A stretch of DNA of 64,000 nucleotides from Curvularia clavata (lineage: Eukaryota): contig CP089276.1 of the NCBI GenBank assembly GCA_023920165.1, positions 248,001 to 312,000 on the forward strand. Reading direction: 5' to 3'. The notes beneath the pieces are model-generated. The model ran no database searches. It was not told the origin of the DNA and saw only the letters and a list, made by a program, of their open reading frames with translations. A program made the position numbers and the translations under genes. This document shows, one piece after another, positions 24,259-36,035 of this stretch; position 1 is the stretch's first letter; every line of letters begins with the position of its first letter.

Positions 24259-25038
24259 ATGCCGTCGCTTCTCCTGGTAGTCTTCGTCCTCCAGCTGGTA
24301 CTTCACATCATCAACACGGTGGGCAAAAACACCGTCAATGAGCTGGTAAGCCTCGCACCGAATGGTAAACATGAGAAGACCTAGTGCTAATCTCGCTGCA
24401 GCTATGGATACTCTACAATAAGCTGCCGACGCCTACTTCTAGCTCTGCAAAGCGGTGTCAAGTGCTGAAGAAGGAGATTGTACAACTGAAGCGCGAGCTG
24501 GGCAACACGTCGCCTCAGGACAACTTTTCGAAATGGGCAAAGCTGGACAGGCAGCACAACAAGGCCATGGCTGAGTATCAGAAGCTGGGTATGTCGCAGC
24601 TCAATATAGAAGCTTATTCTGCGTTTAAATTGTGCATATTGACTGACGCACCTTGTTCTAGATGGCTCTTTGCGTTCGCACCAGTCGGCTTTCACATCGA
24701 CCGTCTCTACCCTTCGCTGGCTCGGAACGCAAGGCCTCCGCTTCGTCCTACAGTTTTGGTTCTCCAAGTCGCCGATGTTCTGGATACCCGCGGGTTGGGT
24801 TCCATACTACGTTGAATGGATACTCAGCTTTCCACGGGCGCCGTTGGGCAGTGTGAGCATAAATGTATGGGGCATTGCATGCGCGAGTATGATTGCCCTC
24901 GTTGCCGAGGCGATCGCTGCAGCATGGGTTCTTATCACACACAAGCCGACGCCTGTGGCGGCAGACAAGCAACGCAGGAAGCAAGAAGCCATGGCATTCG
25001 GTGCCAGCCAGAAACCGGCAGAGAAGAAGGAGCTGTAA
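24259..25038 (+). CDS. GET1: GET pathway ER insertase subunit Get1 (CHD5-like), 2 introns
   Basis: MPSLLLVVFVLQL; SPQDNFSKWAKLDRQHNK; PMFWIPAGWVPYYVEWILSFPRAPLGSVS; ends KKEL. Confidence 0.93.
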
Positions 25039-27104
25039 TAGTTTGGCCCTGGTAGCTATCGCATACGGTTGCAACATGGTGTACTGGAGCCGCCTCCATG
25101 GGTGCACATCACAATTTTATTTTTTTGGAATCAAGCATGTCTCCCATCAAAAGACGCAAAGTCGTCCTGGCTTTCGCTCTGACACTGCAACACGAGTGGG
25201 ATGATCTTGGCAGATCGTTTGGCTTCTTCTAGGCTACAAATTGAACCCGTGATCGTGGAGGAGTAGCGAATCACCGAGTCTTCGAAAGAGCCAACATCAG
25301 ATATCTAAGGTAGATATGCACAAAATGAATAACAATCAGCGGCACTATACGGGGCAGTTGGACATGAAACTGCGCGTTCGTACAGCAAGCTCGCATCTGT
25401 GTCGAGGTTTCTGGATGTGAAGGTTTTGTAATTGGTGGTGACGAGAGGTCAGAGGAAAGAAAAGTCAAGAAATGCGCGCTAAGGCCTCACGGGCCGACAA
25501 TGATCCGCGATCTGCATTCGGCTCCTGGCCTGCTCCGCTATGCCGACCTGATCTGATGGCATTCTGCATCTCGTTTGTTCTGGCGGCCACTTCAGCCACC
25601 GTATGCGGAGCTCTTTTCTTTTTATCCGCGATGTCAGGAACAAAGCCAACGCGCGTGTGGGCTTGCCTTTGATCTCCTGGATAAATGCAGGGGCAGACGG
25701 AGCGATCTGCATTGCTCACTGTGCTGACAAAACGGGCCTGCCTCGCACTCGAGAAGTATGGGGATGAGCGGGTGTTAGAGAAACCGCCAGCAACGGCCCT
25801 GTCGGTCTCTCCTGGACACATGTCACCCGTGAACTGCGACAGTGCGGCGTTTGGGCGTCGACTAGCTGGATACAGTAGTCGTAGGCAAAGTTGCCGGTGC
25901 GAAGGCCTTGATTGCCGTCTAAGCAAGCATCATCTTTCATATGTCCAGCCAATCGTCTACGCGTATAAGCGTAGAAAAGCCCTCACGGCTCGCATCGACG
26001 CACGGTCATACAAAGGGGGCAATATCGGTACCACTGTGCCGTGTTTTCTCCAGGCCAAGACACATAGCAAAGTCAGCCGATGTCAAGACCTGAGTCGCAT
26101 TCTTTGAAGGCGACCCAGACCCAGACAACCGAGACTATGGGGCAGCGGTACTCAGCAGCTGCACAAGACACATGACTTTGTACCCACTTGAGTGGTTTAG
26201 CTCTCTTTCCCCACAATCTGGGCGCAAAAAGCATTACGTGCAGTGATCGCACGCAGGCTGCCGCCCTGGCCCAGGCAATCACCAGAGCGCCGCGGTCGGA
26301 ATAGAGTTTGCGAGGCGTCTGGGGAGGTCCGCGGTGCAAGGCGGGGAACCAGACACAGCAAATTGCTGGACAGCCACGTACTCGCGTGTTACGAGAGATG
26401 GCAAGCCTGACGCTTGTGCCATGCAAATGATACCGTCTTCTCCATGATGGTTGGTGTGAGTGAAAATCCTACTGCCTCCACAGCTACACGTACTTCGTAC
26501 AACTGCCGTCAAGGCCTCGGAGCCCGCAAACGTTTGTGACCCGAGCCGCACCAGGCGTCGGGCAGCCTGACCACCAGCCCGCAGGTGTTCGATAGACCCT
26601 TTGTGGCCGGCCACCGGGTGCCCAATGCAAAAACCAGAAATTCGTTGCGACTCGACCGGGACAAGCGCCGTGACGAAGTGGCGTCACCTCTCCGCACGAT
26701 CCATACTTGCTTCTCCCAATGACGATCGGAGGATTTTGGCACCGGCGCAAGCCCCGTCTAATTCGTGGACAAGCCACGCATTTAGCAACGTAAAACTCCA
26801 CATCGCTCGCATTGACTGAACACTCCGCCTTTCCTGGGGTTGGAAGCCCCTTCACCGCATCGTCCCCCCCGGTCCTGCACGTCGTTTGTCTCCAACGCCC
26901 CTACGCACAACAACTCGCTGCTTCTCCATCACCAACGCCCACCACCAAAATTTCGCTCTCGGCAAACGGGCTGGCGCCAGATAATGCCGTGGCCTGAACG
27001 TTTGATTCCGAGACGTCCGCGACCGCGATAGGACACCGCTCTGCAGCTCGTTATTCTCGCCTCATCGATGGCATCAGCGAATACGTTATAGCCCAGCGCA
27101 CGAC

Positions 27105-29860
27105 ATGACTGTCACGAATTTCGATGGCGACTTTCCCACGCGAGGGCCCGTAGTTCTGGGAGTCTCAGCTGCAACGCTAGCATTGTGCTCTGTGTTCGTG
27201 GGCCTTCGTCTAATCTCTAGGTTTTTGGTGGTCAGGAAGCCAGGATGGGACGACTACACAATGTTCCTCGCATGGACAATTGCCTTTGGCGCCTCCTTCT
27301 CATTATGCTATGGCGCGACAAAGGGCTTGGGACGCAAGCAAGAAAACATACCCCCAGAGTGGCAGGGGGCCATGAAGAAGTCATCCTATGCCTTCTCCGT
27401 ACTATATGTACGTACTCAACTTTGCGCGTAGAGATGGACAGTACTAAGACGCAGCAGAATCCCGCACTTATGACGACCAAGACTTCGATCCTCTTATTCT
27501 ATCTGACGCTGTCCAAAACCCAGAAAGTGTTTCGAGGGGCCACAATCGCGACCCTCGTCGTAGTCAACGTCGGCGGACTGGCACTAACGATTCTCAACAT
27601 CCTCCAATGTCGTCCTATCGGTGCTGCTTTCGCATCCCCAGTTCCTAGTACAGCACACTGCACCAATATCGTCACAATCTACCTCTCATCCGCACCGCTT
27701 AACATCATCACTGATCTGGCCATCCTATTCCTTCCAATGCCTATACTCACAGGCATGCGGTTACCCAAGAAGCAGAAGATTATCTTGGTCATCACGTTCG
27801 GATTTGGCATATTCGTTGCGGTTGTCGACGTCATCCGTATCGCATACTTGCAACAGGCTCAACGAAATACCCTCGAGGCTGCCCAACAGCAGACTACCGA
27901 GTCGGGGAATGACCAGAGGAACACGGGTAATTTTGGATGGTTTTCATCGCTGTCTTTTATGTGGAGCGCTGTCGAAATCAACCTCGGCATAATGTGCGGT
28001 TGTGTCCCTGCCCTGAAGCCGCTCGTCAGGAGATTTCTCCCCAGCTGGGTCATTGACCACACGATTCGCGACACAACAACACAAACGAGCGACGAACCTG
28101 TTCTCCATCCCGACATCCTCGATTCCAGAAGGCGCTCAGACCCGCTGACACCCCCCATTTCCCCGTTCAACAAGCCCCCCACCGCTCGTGGAAGTGCCGG
28201 TGATGACCAGATTGGCATGATGGATTTCCTGACGACTCCCGATATGACTGAGCTACCTCAACTGAGACCGTCGAATACGAACGTAACTTTCCGCAATCAG
28301 CCACAACAAGTAACTTTCTTCGACTTTGTCAACACAGGACAGAAGAAGAATATCACCCTGCGAAGCAACCGAGAGTCTGTCTATCCCGTAATCATGGTGA
28401 CCATACTTTTTGCGGTTTGGGGATTCGCCTATGGATTCCTAGATGTTCTGAATTCGCGGTTCCAAGAAGTTGCTCATACGAGCGACTGGGAAACAGTCGG
28501 CCAACACTCGGCTTATTACGTTGGCTATCTGGTAGGGCCGTTGACGTTCGGACGTCTTGTCTTCAAGACCTGGGGATTCAAGGCTTGTTATATGGTTGGG
28601 CTATCAGTCTATGCTTGTGGTACTCTTGTCTTCTGGCCATCGGCTGTGTTGAATTCTTTCCCCGCATTCTTGATATCCAACTTCATCACAGGTGCAGGAC
28701 TTTCCACCTTGGAACTCAGCGCGAACCCCTTTATCGCCCTGTGTGGCCCACCAGAGTATGCAGAGGCGCGACTGAACTTCTCACAAGGTGTTCAAGCCGT
28801 GAGCAGTATAATCTCTCCTCTTTTGGCGAACAAGGTGCTGTTTCCTGCCAACGCCGCAAGCCTGATCGACGTACAGTGGACATATCTTGGCATCTCGTTT
28901 TTCAATATTGTCCTCGCTATCATCTACTTCTACGTACCGCTCCCAGAGGCCACGGATGACCAGCTCGAAGCTGCCAGCCAGCGTACCCTGCCGCACGCAC
29001 GGGAGGCTACGGTGAACGTTGGACCCAGACGCGTCAGAGTTCTATGGATTAGCTTGGGTATGGCAGTATTTTCACAATTCTGCTATGTTGGTGGCCAAGA
29101 GTCTACGTCAACTTCGTATGGGGATTATCTCGCTCGCGTCACACCTTCGCTCGACGTTGTGTCCCAACGAGCGTACGGCCATACCGCTTTCGCCCTGTCT
29201 CGGTTCCTGGCTGCCCTTATCGATATCTGGGTCAAGCCGCGCTACAGCTTGATGTTTTTCTACATGGGTGCAATCGCCTTTGCTGCTGCAGCAATGCATA
29301 CCTCTGGCTCCACAGGCGCGGCCATCATCGCGTTGGTCATGTTCTTCGAAGGCCCAATATTCCCTCAAATCTTCGCTCAAGGAATCCGCGGCATGGGCAG
29401 GCACACCAAGGACGCTTCCGCACTCTTGACCTCTGCCATTGGTGGCGGCGCCGTCTTCCCGCCCATCATGTTCGCTGTGCTCAAGACCTTCAGCCCGCAA
29501 TACGCTTTCTGCGTCACTATTGCCGCTTATTCAGCCGGAGCCTTGTTCCCGCTCTACCTCAATATCTTCCCTGCAGCCCGCAACCTATCGGACCCTGTGC
29601 GCGACGAGAAGACCAGGCGTGAGTCGGAAGCTGAGGAGAAGGAGCGTCGGGGCTCCAGCCATCTTGAGAAGCTAAAGAGGTGGAGCAAGGGTAAGAAGAG
29701 GGCGAGCATTACGAAAAAGGATCACGAGTTACCATCCATTGAGCACAGAGAGCGGCGGAGTTGGCCAGAGGGCTTGGCACCTAGGAGCAACAGTTTGGCT
29801 ATTGAGCCTGTCAGGACGCCTAGTGCTACCAGTGGTAGTAGTACCTGGAGTGCGACGTGA
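27105..29860 (+). CDS. Fusion protein (about 900 aa): N-terminal PTH11-like fungal rhodopsin (7TM) domain plus C-terminal FucP/glucose-galactose type MFS permease; intron 27408-27457 (NAGNAG acceptor 27454/27457)
   Basis: 7TM motifs VGLRLISR, GWDD, GLGR, KTSILLFY, LQCRPI, NIITDLAILFLPMP, LPKKQK, WSAVEINLGIMCGCVPALKP; FucP motifs LFAVWGFAYGFLDVLN, SAYYVGY, GLSTLELSANPFI, EARLNFSQGVQ, QFCYVGGQE, FEGPIFPQIF, AIGGGAVFPP. Confidence 0.9.
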
Positions 29861-30713
29861 GAGTTGCCCTCACCATTCCTTCTCTTTCCTTTTTTCCCTT
29901 CCATATCCCGCTTTTCCCTTTCCCATATTAGGCATGATACCACGGCTGGATTTTTTTTTCTTTTTTAGCTTGTGTAACTATAGCGATTTTTTGGTTTGTC
30001 ACGAATCTTTTTTTTTTCATTTCTCCCTTTGCAAAGATACCATGGGATGGGCGGCCGGGGTGGGTTTGTTCATAGTTTCCTACATGGGTAAGGTACGGGG
30101 TTCTACAAGCATCGGGGTTGGGTGGACTGTTTCAGTTTTCAAAGTCCTTATTGTAGTTTTCCCTACTGCTTTGTGTACGATATAAGCGAGATGCGTATGG
30201 CTTGGGAAATGGATCATGGGTCGGGAGGCTTCAATGACAAATATTCACGTAGTGTGATGATGTACACTGGTTCCATGTGACGTGTAGAAGGGAAACGAGG
30301 TTCGGAAGCGTGATGCTTGCATTACAGTAAGGCAACGGGATGACGAGGTTACAAGCAAATTGTGCCTCACGAAAGCAGAAAGGAGGGTACGTGAAGCCAA
30401 GAGCACACAAGCATTTATCTCGTTCATTCATTCGTTTATTTGCTGTTTGATTGTTCGTTCCAGGTATAGGAAGGAATAAAACGAGCATGTTGCAATTTCA
30501 AACGAAGACTTTCGTTCGCTGGCTATCATGATTTTGAAGAATTACACAAAAAACGTCAGAGATGCTAAAAGTTCCAGAGAAAGAGGAATAGAAGCAAAAA
30601 CGCCGAGTTCATGCCTGCTACTATAACGAGCATACTTTTCTCCTCGCCATATCTTCACTGGTTGGTCATGCTAAACGCTACAAACACACGCATTATGAAA
30701 TCTAGGACCACCC

Positions 30714-32117
30714 TTACAACGCCAAGACGGCGGCCAGTGCAGCAGCAACGAGGCTGAAGTACGCAGCAGCGCTAGGCTGGAAGCGAGCATGTGCCAGAGA
30801 CGTAGTTCCGCAGCACTCGCGGTTGTACGTAACATTGTTAGCGCGAGCCGCGACCTCGAAAACAGAACCATTAGTCGGGCTGCCCTCGTTATAAAAGTCG
30901 ACGAGGAGGAAGTTTGGCGGGCGGCCCCAGTCACCTGAGTACAGAAAAACCATCATGTTAGTTGGCTGGTTCACTTGACTTGTCTAAAGAATGGATTAGG
31001 AAGACTTACTGGTGCAAGTATTAGCCATCAAGCCCAAACTACCGAATCCCTCGACACCATTCGTCTGCTTGATCTCTGCTACGTTGGGTACCAAGAGGTT
31101 AAGACCAGCAAAGGAAATCTCGGCGTTCAAGTTATGATTTGCCATGTACAAGATTTCTCTCATTTTCTGCTCCGACATGCCTTCAGGTCTGCCGAGGTTG
31201 CAGGGGAAGTTCTGGTCTGTGGGGGAGAACGTGGTCTCCCACATGTTGTAGAACTCCCAGAGCAAGTAAGGTACAGCGTCGGTATCGTAGTTGTAGTCGA
31301 TAAAAGTGATGACGCGCTTGTTCTGCAGGATGAGCTCACCAAGCGTAGGCCAGTCGTTGAGTTCCATGGCAGTCTTGGGCGGCTGGTAGATGAACTTGCG
31401 CAGGCCTGAGGCTTCGATGGGTTTGGCGAAATTTGAGGCTGTGACGAGAGGCTTGCCATCGGACGTTGTCTTGTCCCAGTCTGAGTTTCCGAAGAGAATG
31501 GTGACGACGTCAAAGGGGTGCTCCTCTACCCATTCGGTGACTTGGCGGAGATAGTCCTCGACGGTACCGGCATTGAGTAGGTCACACGAGGTGTGGCAGT
31601 AGTACAAAGTGTCGTTGACATAGTGGGCCGAGCCCTGCAGCATGCGAACACCATCGTCAAGTTGTTGTTTTACCGAGTATTCTTGGTTGCGTGCGATGTT
31701 GTTCTTTCGCGTGTAAGGCGAGTTATGGGCGCAGACTTCGGTGATGTTGGAGTACTTTCGGTTGCAGAACTCGGGGTAGTTGTTACACGGCTGAGTGTTT
31801 GATGGCAAGGCGGGAGCTGTGCCGGTACCCGTTGGTGTCGTGGTCCTGTTTCCATGTCCGATGTTTGTGAGAGGATCTCCGCTGGTTGTCGTGCCATTGG
31901 ATGATAGAGTCCTGCTGGAGCCCGAGATAACAGGTGACGAGGTAATAGTCGCAAACGTGCTGCCGTCAAAGTCGGAGGGCACTGTTGGGTTGGGGGCGAT
32001 GTCGTCGCCTGTGAGACTCCGTTGGGAACCAGAAAGTGTGATGACGGATACGGATGAGCTACTTTGGCCTGCAGCTAGACCCGCAAGCCAGGCCAGCGAG
32101 AGAAGAGCCCCTTTCAT
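30714..32117 (-). CDS. Secreted, probably GPI-anchored PI-PLC X-domain (PLC-like phosphodiesterase) protein; intron about 30937-31009
   Basis: Signal peptide MKGALLSLAWLAGLAAG, S/T-rich stalk, CNNYPEFCNRKYSNIT..AHNS, QLDDGVRMLQ, CHTSCDLL, WPTLGELI, MANHNLN, WGRPPNFLLVDFY, hydrophobic C-terminus. Confidence 0.9.
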
Positions 32118-32909
32118 GATCGCCACAGGGGTAGACGCTGTCCAGGTCTACTTTTCAGTGATACCGTCGAAACCAGGTGAGATGTTATTTGGAGGCTCTG
32201 TTAGAGGCGATATCGATAGCGGTCCAGTTGTAGAGATAGAAGCACAAAGAAGACGGGTTGGCGCGAATGAGTTGTTGCTGCACAGGGCTGTTTCCACGAT
32301 TCCAAGGGCGTGGGCGCAGTCGTCTATATGGTACCAAGCAGCGCCAGGGAAGAAGGAGAAGTCAGGCCGAAGAGCAAACGGACATGCAAGGTGTGGCTAA
32401 CGCTGAGAGAAGAAAGCAAAACAATACGACCGAAGGGGCCCTGAACACAGATGAGGCGACGGATTGTTTTCCAAGCGCGCGAACGGGCCATCGGCAAGAA
32501 CCTGGGTGTGACGTCGTCCTGCAATTCTAGTCGCTTGGGCCCTTCTCTCCCGCCCAACGATCTGCAGGAGCCGCGCAAAGGGTCTACTTAAGACACGTCA
32601 TGTGTAGGCAGCGGCTGAAGCATTGGGGCGTTCTCAAGGCGTCTAGACAGTTCTAATTTGTACGAATATCAACTATTGATATTGAAGCTATTGAAATCGC
32701 CAAGTGCAACCTACCCTTTTCACTTGATACGGCCCCCCATGTCGAGTTATGTCATGCCATGTGGCTGTGCCGTACTCGGGGCAGTGTGGCTGTGGTCAAC
32801 ATCTCCACCTCCACCTCTCAATATGGTGCATACGCGTAATGCACATTATCACTCCACCCCATGCTCATAATATACTTTGAATTCCTCCTTTGGTCCCTCT
32901 CATCCCCTC

Positions 32910-33532
32910 TTAAGCACCAGACTGCCCACTGCTAAAAAACTCCTCAAACCGACTCTTTCCCCTCAGTGCCTCAATCTCCCTCTGCAGCACATCGATACGG
33001 TAGTTCTTGAATGCCTTCTCAATCCGCGCCCTGCTCTCAGGGTCCTTGGTAATCACTCTCGAGGCGCTCGCAGTTCCTGTCAACAGGCCCAACTCGCCAC
33101 CCAGGAACAAGCCACCGACCGAAAAGAAAAAGTACGCCGCCGCGTCCCCCCAGCGCGACGGTCCGCTGACTTGTGCCGTGATGTCGGGAATCGGCTCGGT
33201 GCGGCCGTCAGCAAATCGCACTTCGATGGGCTTTTCCATCGCCCGGAATGCCTTGAAGTAGGCTAATCGCATCGCCCGGAGGCGGAATGCTGTGTAGATG
33301 CCAAGCCCAAGGCCAACGGCTGACGCGAAGCCCGCGTGTTGCGAGACCTTTCCAGCAGCACGCTTGAGAATATCACGATCTTGTTGGTTAAGACTTTAGA
33401 TTTTTAGTCTCATATTCTTTCTCCAAGAGGATTGGTAGCTCTCTTGACTTACTCATGCTGCATGTGTTCTTCGGCAAGCCGTTTAAGGTCCTTGGACCGG
33501 CGGTCGCGGAATGCTGCTAGTGACTCGGACAT
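32910..33532 (-). CDS. Hypothetical two-helix membrane protein (about 187 aa); intron about 33394-33452
   Basis: Spliced MSESLAAFRDRRSKDLKRLAEEHMQHDLNQQDRDILKRAAGKVSQHAGFASAVGLGLGIYTAFRLR..; second hydrophobic segment YFFFSVGGLFLGGELGLLTG; GTAAGT donor. Confidence 0.8.
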
Positions 33533-33999
33533 AATGGTGGTGTGTGAAGCAACTTATGCGCTTGTTTTTTTGAGGAATTGATTGACAGACTGGTGAGTTT
33601 CGGATGGCAACTGTCAAGTCAATAGCTTTAATAGTCGATGATAGCTTCATGATGGTTCTAGTCCGCAACGATGATGTCATGCGGATTTCACGGAACCTGA
33701 ACATGCCATTGGAAATTTCGCGCATCCGAGAGACAAAAACATATGCACAACCGCTGTCATCCACTGTGAAGAGAGCGGGGTATGCAATCGTGAAAGAATT
33801 GATTGGTCTTAATAAACTATGCTACTGTGCTATAGTGCGATTCAGAATAATTCCACTCTAAGAATTGTACTAATCCTACCAAACGCCATGTCCCAACCAG
33901 AGTCCGTCAACGCCGCGATCCATGCTAAGCTACTAAGAGCTGAACCATGACAAAGCGCAATCCTATCCACAAAAGCCACAAGACCGAGACCGAGATGTC

Positions 34000-35818
34000 C
34001 TACAGCTTGGCATGAACATCAGGCTCTGCGGCACTGGCCTCTTGATTCCTAGTCACGTTGCCTGTGCCAGGACCTTCACCGAAGAAGATAACTTCCACAG
34101 TCAAGTCATCCCTGTATCGTCGAGAGAACGGGCTTGGAAGCGTGAGCAGAGCACTCAGCTGATCTTGATCTTTTCCTCCAAGTGCATTGCGCACCAGGTG
34201 GGTTGCTGCATTCTTATCTTCGACTACGAAGCGCTCGTTGAGACTGGTTTTGGTACCCCACTGCTGCTGGCGGATTGGGGCACGCTGACCGTCTCCCTTA
34301 TCGCCTGCCTTCTGTTCCACAGGCAGCTGTTTTTGTGTAGACCACCAACTCGTTAGCCATGATTGCGTTTGCGAACTTTGACCACCTGAGTTGCTCTGCG
34401 CGTCGAGCCACTGGCCAACAAGTCCAACAACTTCCTCGTTGGTAAGCATTTCCCACAGACCGTCAGTGGCCATGACTACAAAGTCACCCTTTTCGGGCTC
34501 GACCTTGGTTGTGGTGATGACGGGCTCAGCAGTGACGTACGGCGGAGTCTTGAGTAGTGCTGAAGGCGTGCGTGCAAAGTAGGACTTCTTCAACTCGGCG
34601 TTTGTCTCGAGCGACCATTTGTAATAGGCATCACCAAAGGCGCGAGACGGCTCAAGGCCACCCAAAATGCGGCCATTCCGGACTACGTTGGGTTCACCAG
34701 GGTGTTCTCTGCGCAACCGCTCTGCTTCGCTTGTTGTTCCACCAGTCTGATCCTCTGATAGAGGGGTTGCTGTCCATTTGCCATTCTCGCCTCGCCGGCC
34801 AAGAATAGCGCGAGAGTCTCCAGTACAAGCCACTCGGAGGAGCTTTGAGCGGCTGTCATAGAAGGAAAGAAGAGCACATGAGCCAGAGAGTGCAGGTGCA
34901 AGCAGCTCGGCGGCGGCGACCTTAGATTGGGCTTTGCGTACCTTCTTGACAGATTCGTGCACGATTTCGTTGTCCAACTTGGTGAAGCCAGTTTTGATTG
35001 CTTTGTCGATTGCTTCGGGGCTCGGAAAGTGTAACGAAGGGTCCTCAAGGGCGGATTTGTAGGTCGTGTTGAGCTCACGTGCCACATAGGAAATCAATGC
35101 CTGGCGGAGTTTGGCTGAAGTTACCCAACCACTGTACGCCATTAGTACTATACAACTGTCTTGTTTGCTTCCCAACATACCTGTGGCCGTCGAACACGCC
35201 CCAGAACATCCAGTCACTGGCGGATGCGCCATTGTCGGTGGCGGCCAGGTTGGACGGGACTTCGATAATCTTCTCGGCGTGGTCATCCTCAATAGGGTCA
35301 TTGCTGGGTATTTGTACAACGTCGTATCGCACTACGCCCTGACCCCGTCCTACTAGCCACGACTCCTCGTTCTTCCTCAACTTGGCTGTGGCCTGGTCCG
35401 GGTCCATCATCTCGAGGACTTTCCTGCCGTAGTCGTCCGTCTCTTTCGAGATGGGGCCAGTGATAGTACCCGTGTAGAGCTCCCCGGGACCCACGACTAG
35501 CGCCTTCCTTGTAGTCTCATTGTTCGCAGCACTGGTGAGGTTTCTGGCTTGATCGGCGGGGGACTGTGAATGGCCTGTCGACTGGTTGCCGTTGAGGGCA
35601 TAAAAGGCCCCGGAGGCAACGGCGGCAGCCACTAAGGCACCTGTCAGAGCGCGGAATTGCATGGACGAAGTGAGGAGCGGAGCAGAGGGACGCTGTCGGA
35701 AGGTGAAATGAGACCGGTGGGCTAGACCATTGCTTGGCAGGACGCCGACTCGGCTGCGAGCAAGCTTACGCAGGCACGGGCGGCGTGCAGAGCGAAGTGC
35801 TTGGAAGGCAGCCCGCAT
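34000..35818 (-). CDS. PTC5: Mitochondrial PP2C / pyruvate dehydrogenase phosphatase Ptc5; intron about 35133-35180
   Basis: Arg-rich presequence, TM ALTGALVAAAVASGAFYAL, SNDPIEDDH, WGVFDGHSGW, ACTGDSRAILGR, GGLEPSRAFGD, TPPYVTAEP, ATDGLWE, RRYRDDLTVEVIFF; ends AKL. Confidence 0.93.
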
Positions 35819-36035
35819 CTGTAGAGTGAGGGGGATGGTATTGGCAGTGTAAGTGGAGGTGGATAGCGAAAGCAAACCACGGGCAGTGAAATCATGGTGC
35901 AGCGCGGGACGAACGCTTAGTCCAAGCGCTTATCCCGCGTGGGTCCAATCACACCCTATAAAAGGCAATTGACTCTGAAACCACCGTGCCGACGTCATAC
36001 CCTTGCCAGTAACACACAATTTTCCAATCAAGAAA

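Noticed and set aside
25465..26107. ORFs 25465-25926 (-) and 25685-26107 (+) as a gene
   Set aside because: No domain motifs or convincing start/splice signals; may be an orphan gene but unsupported
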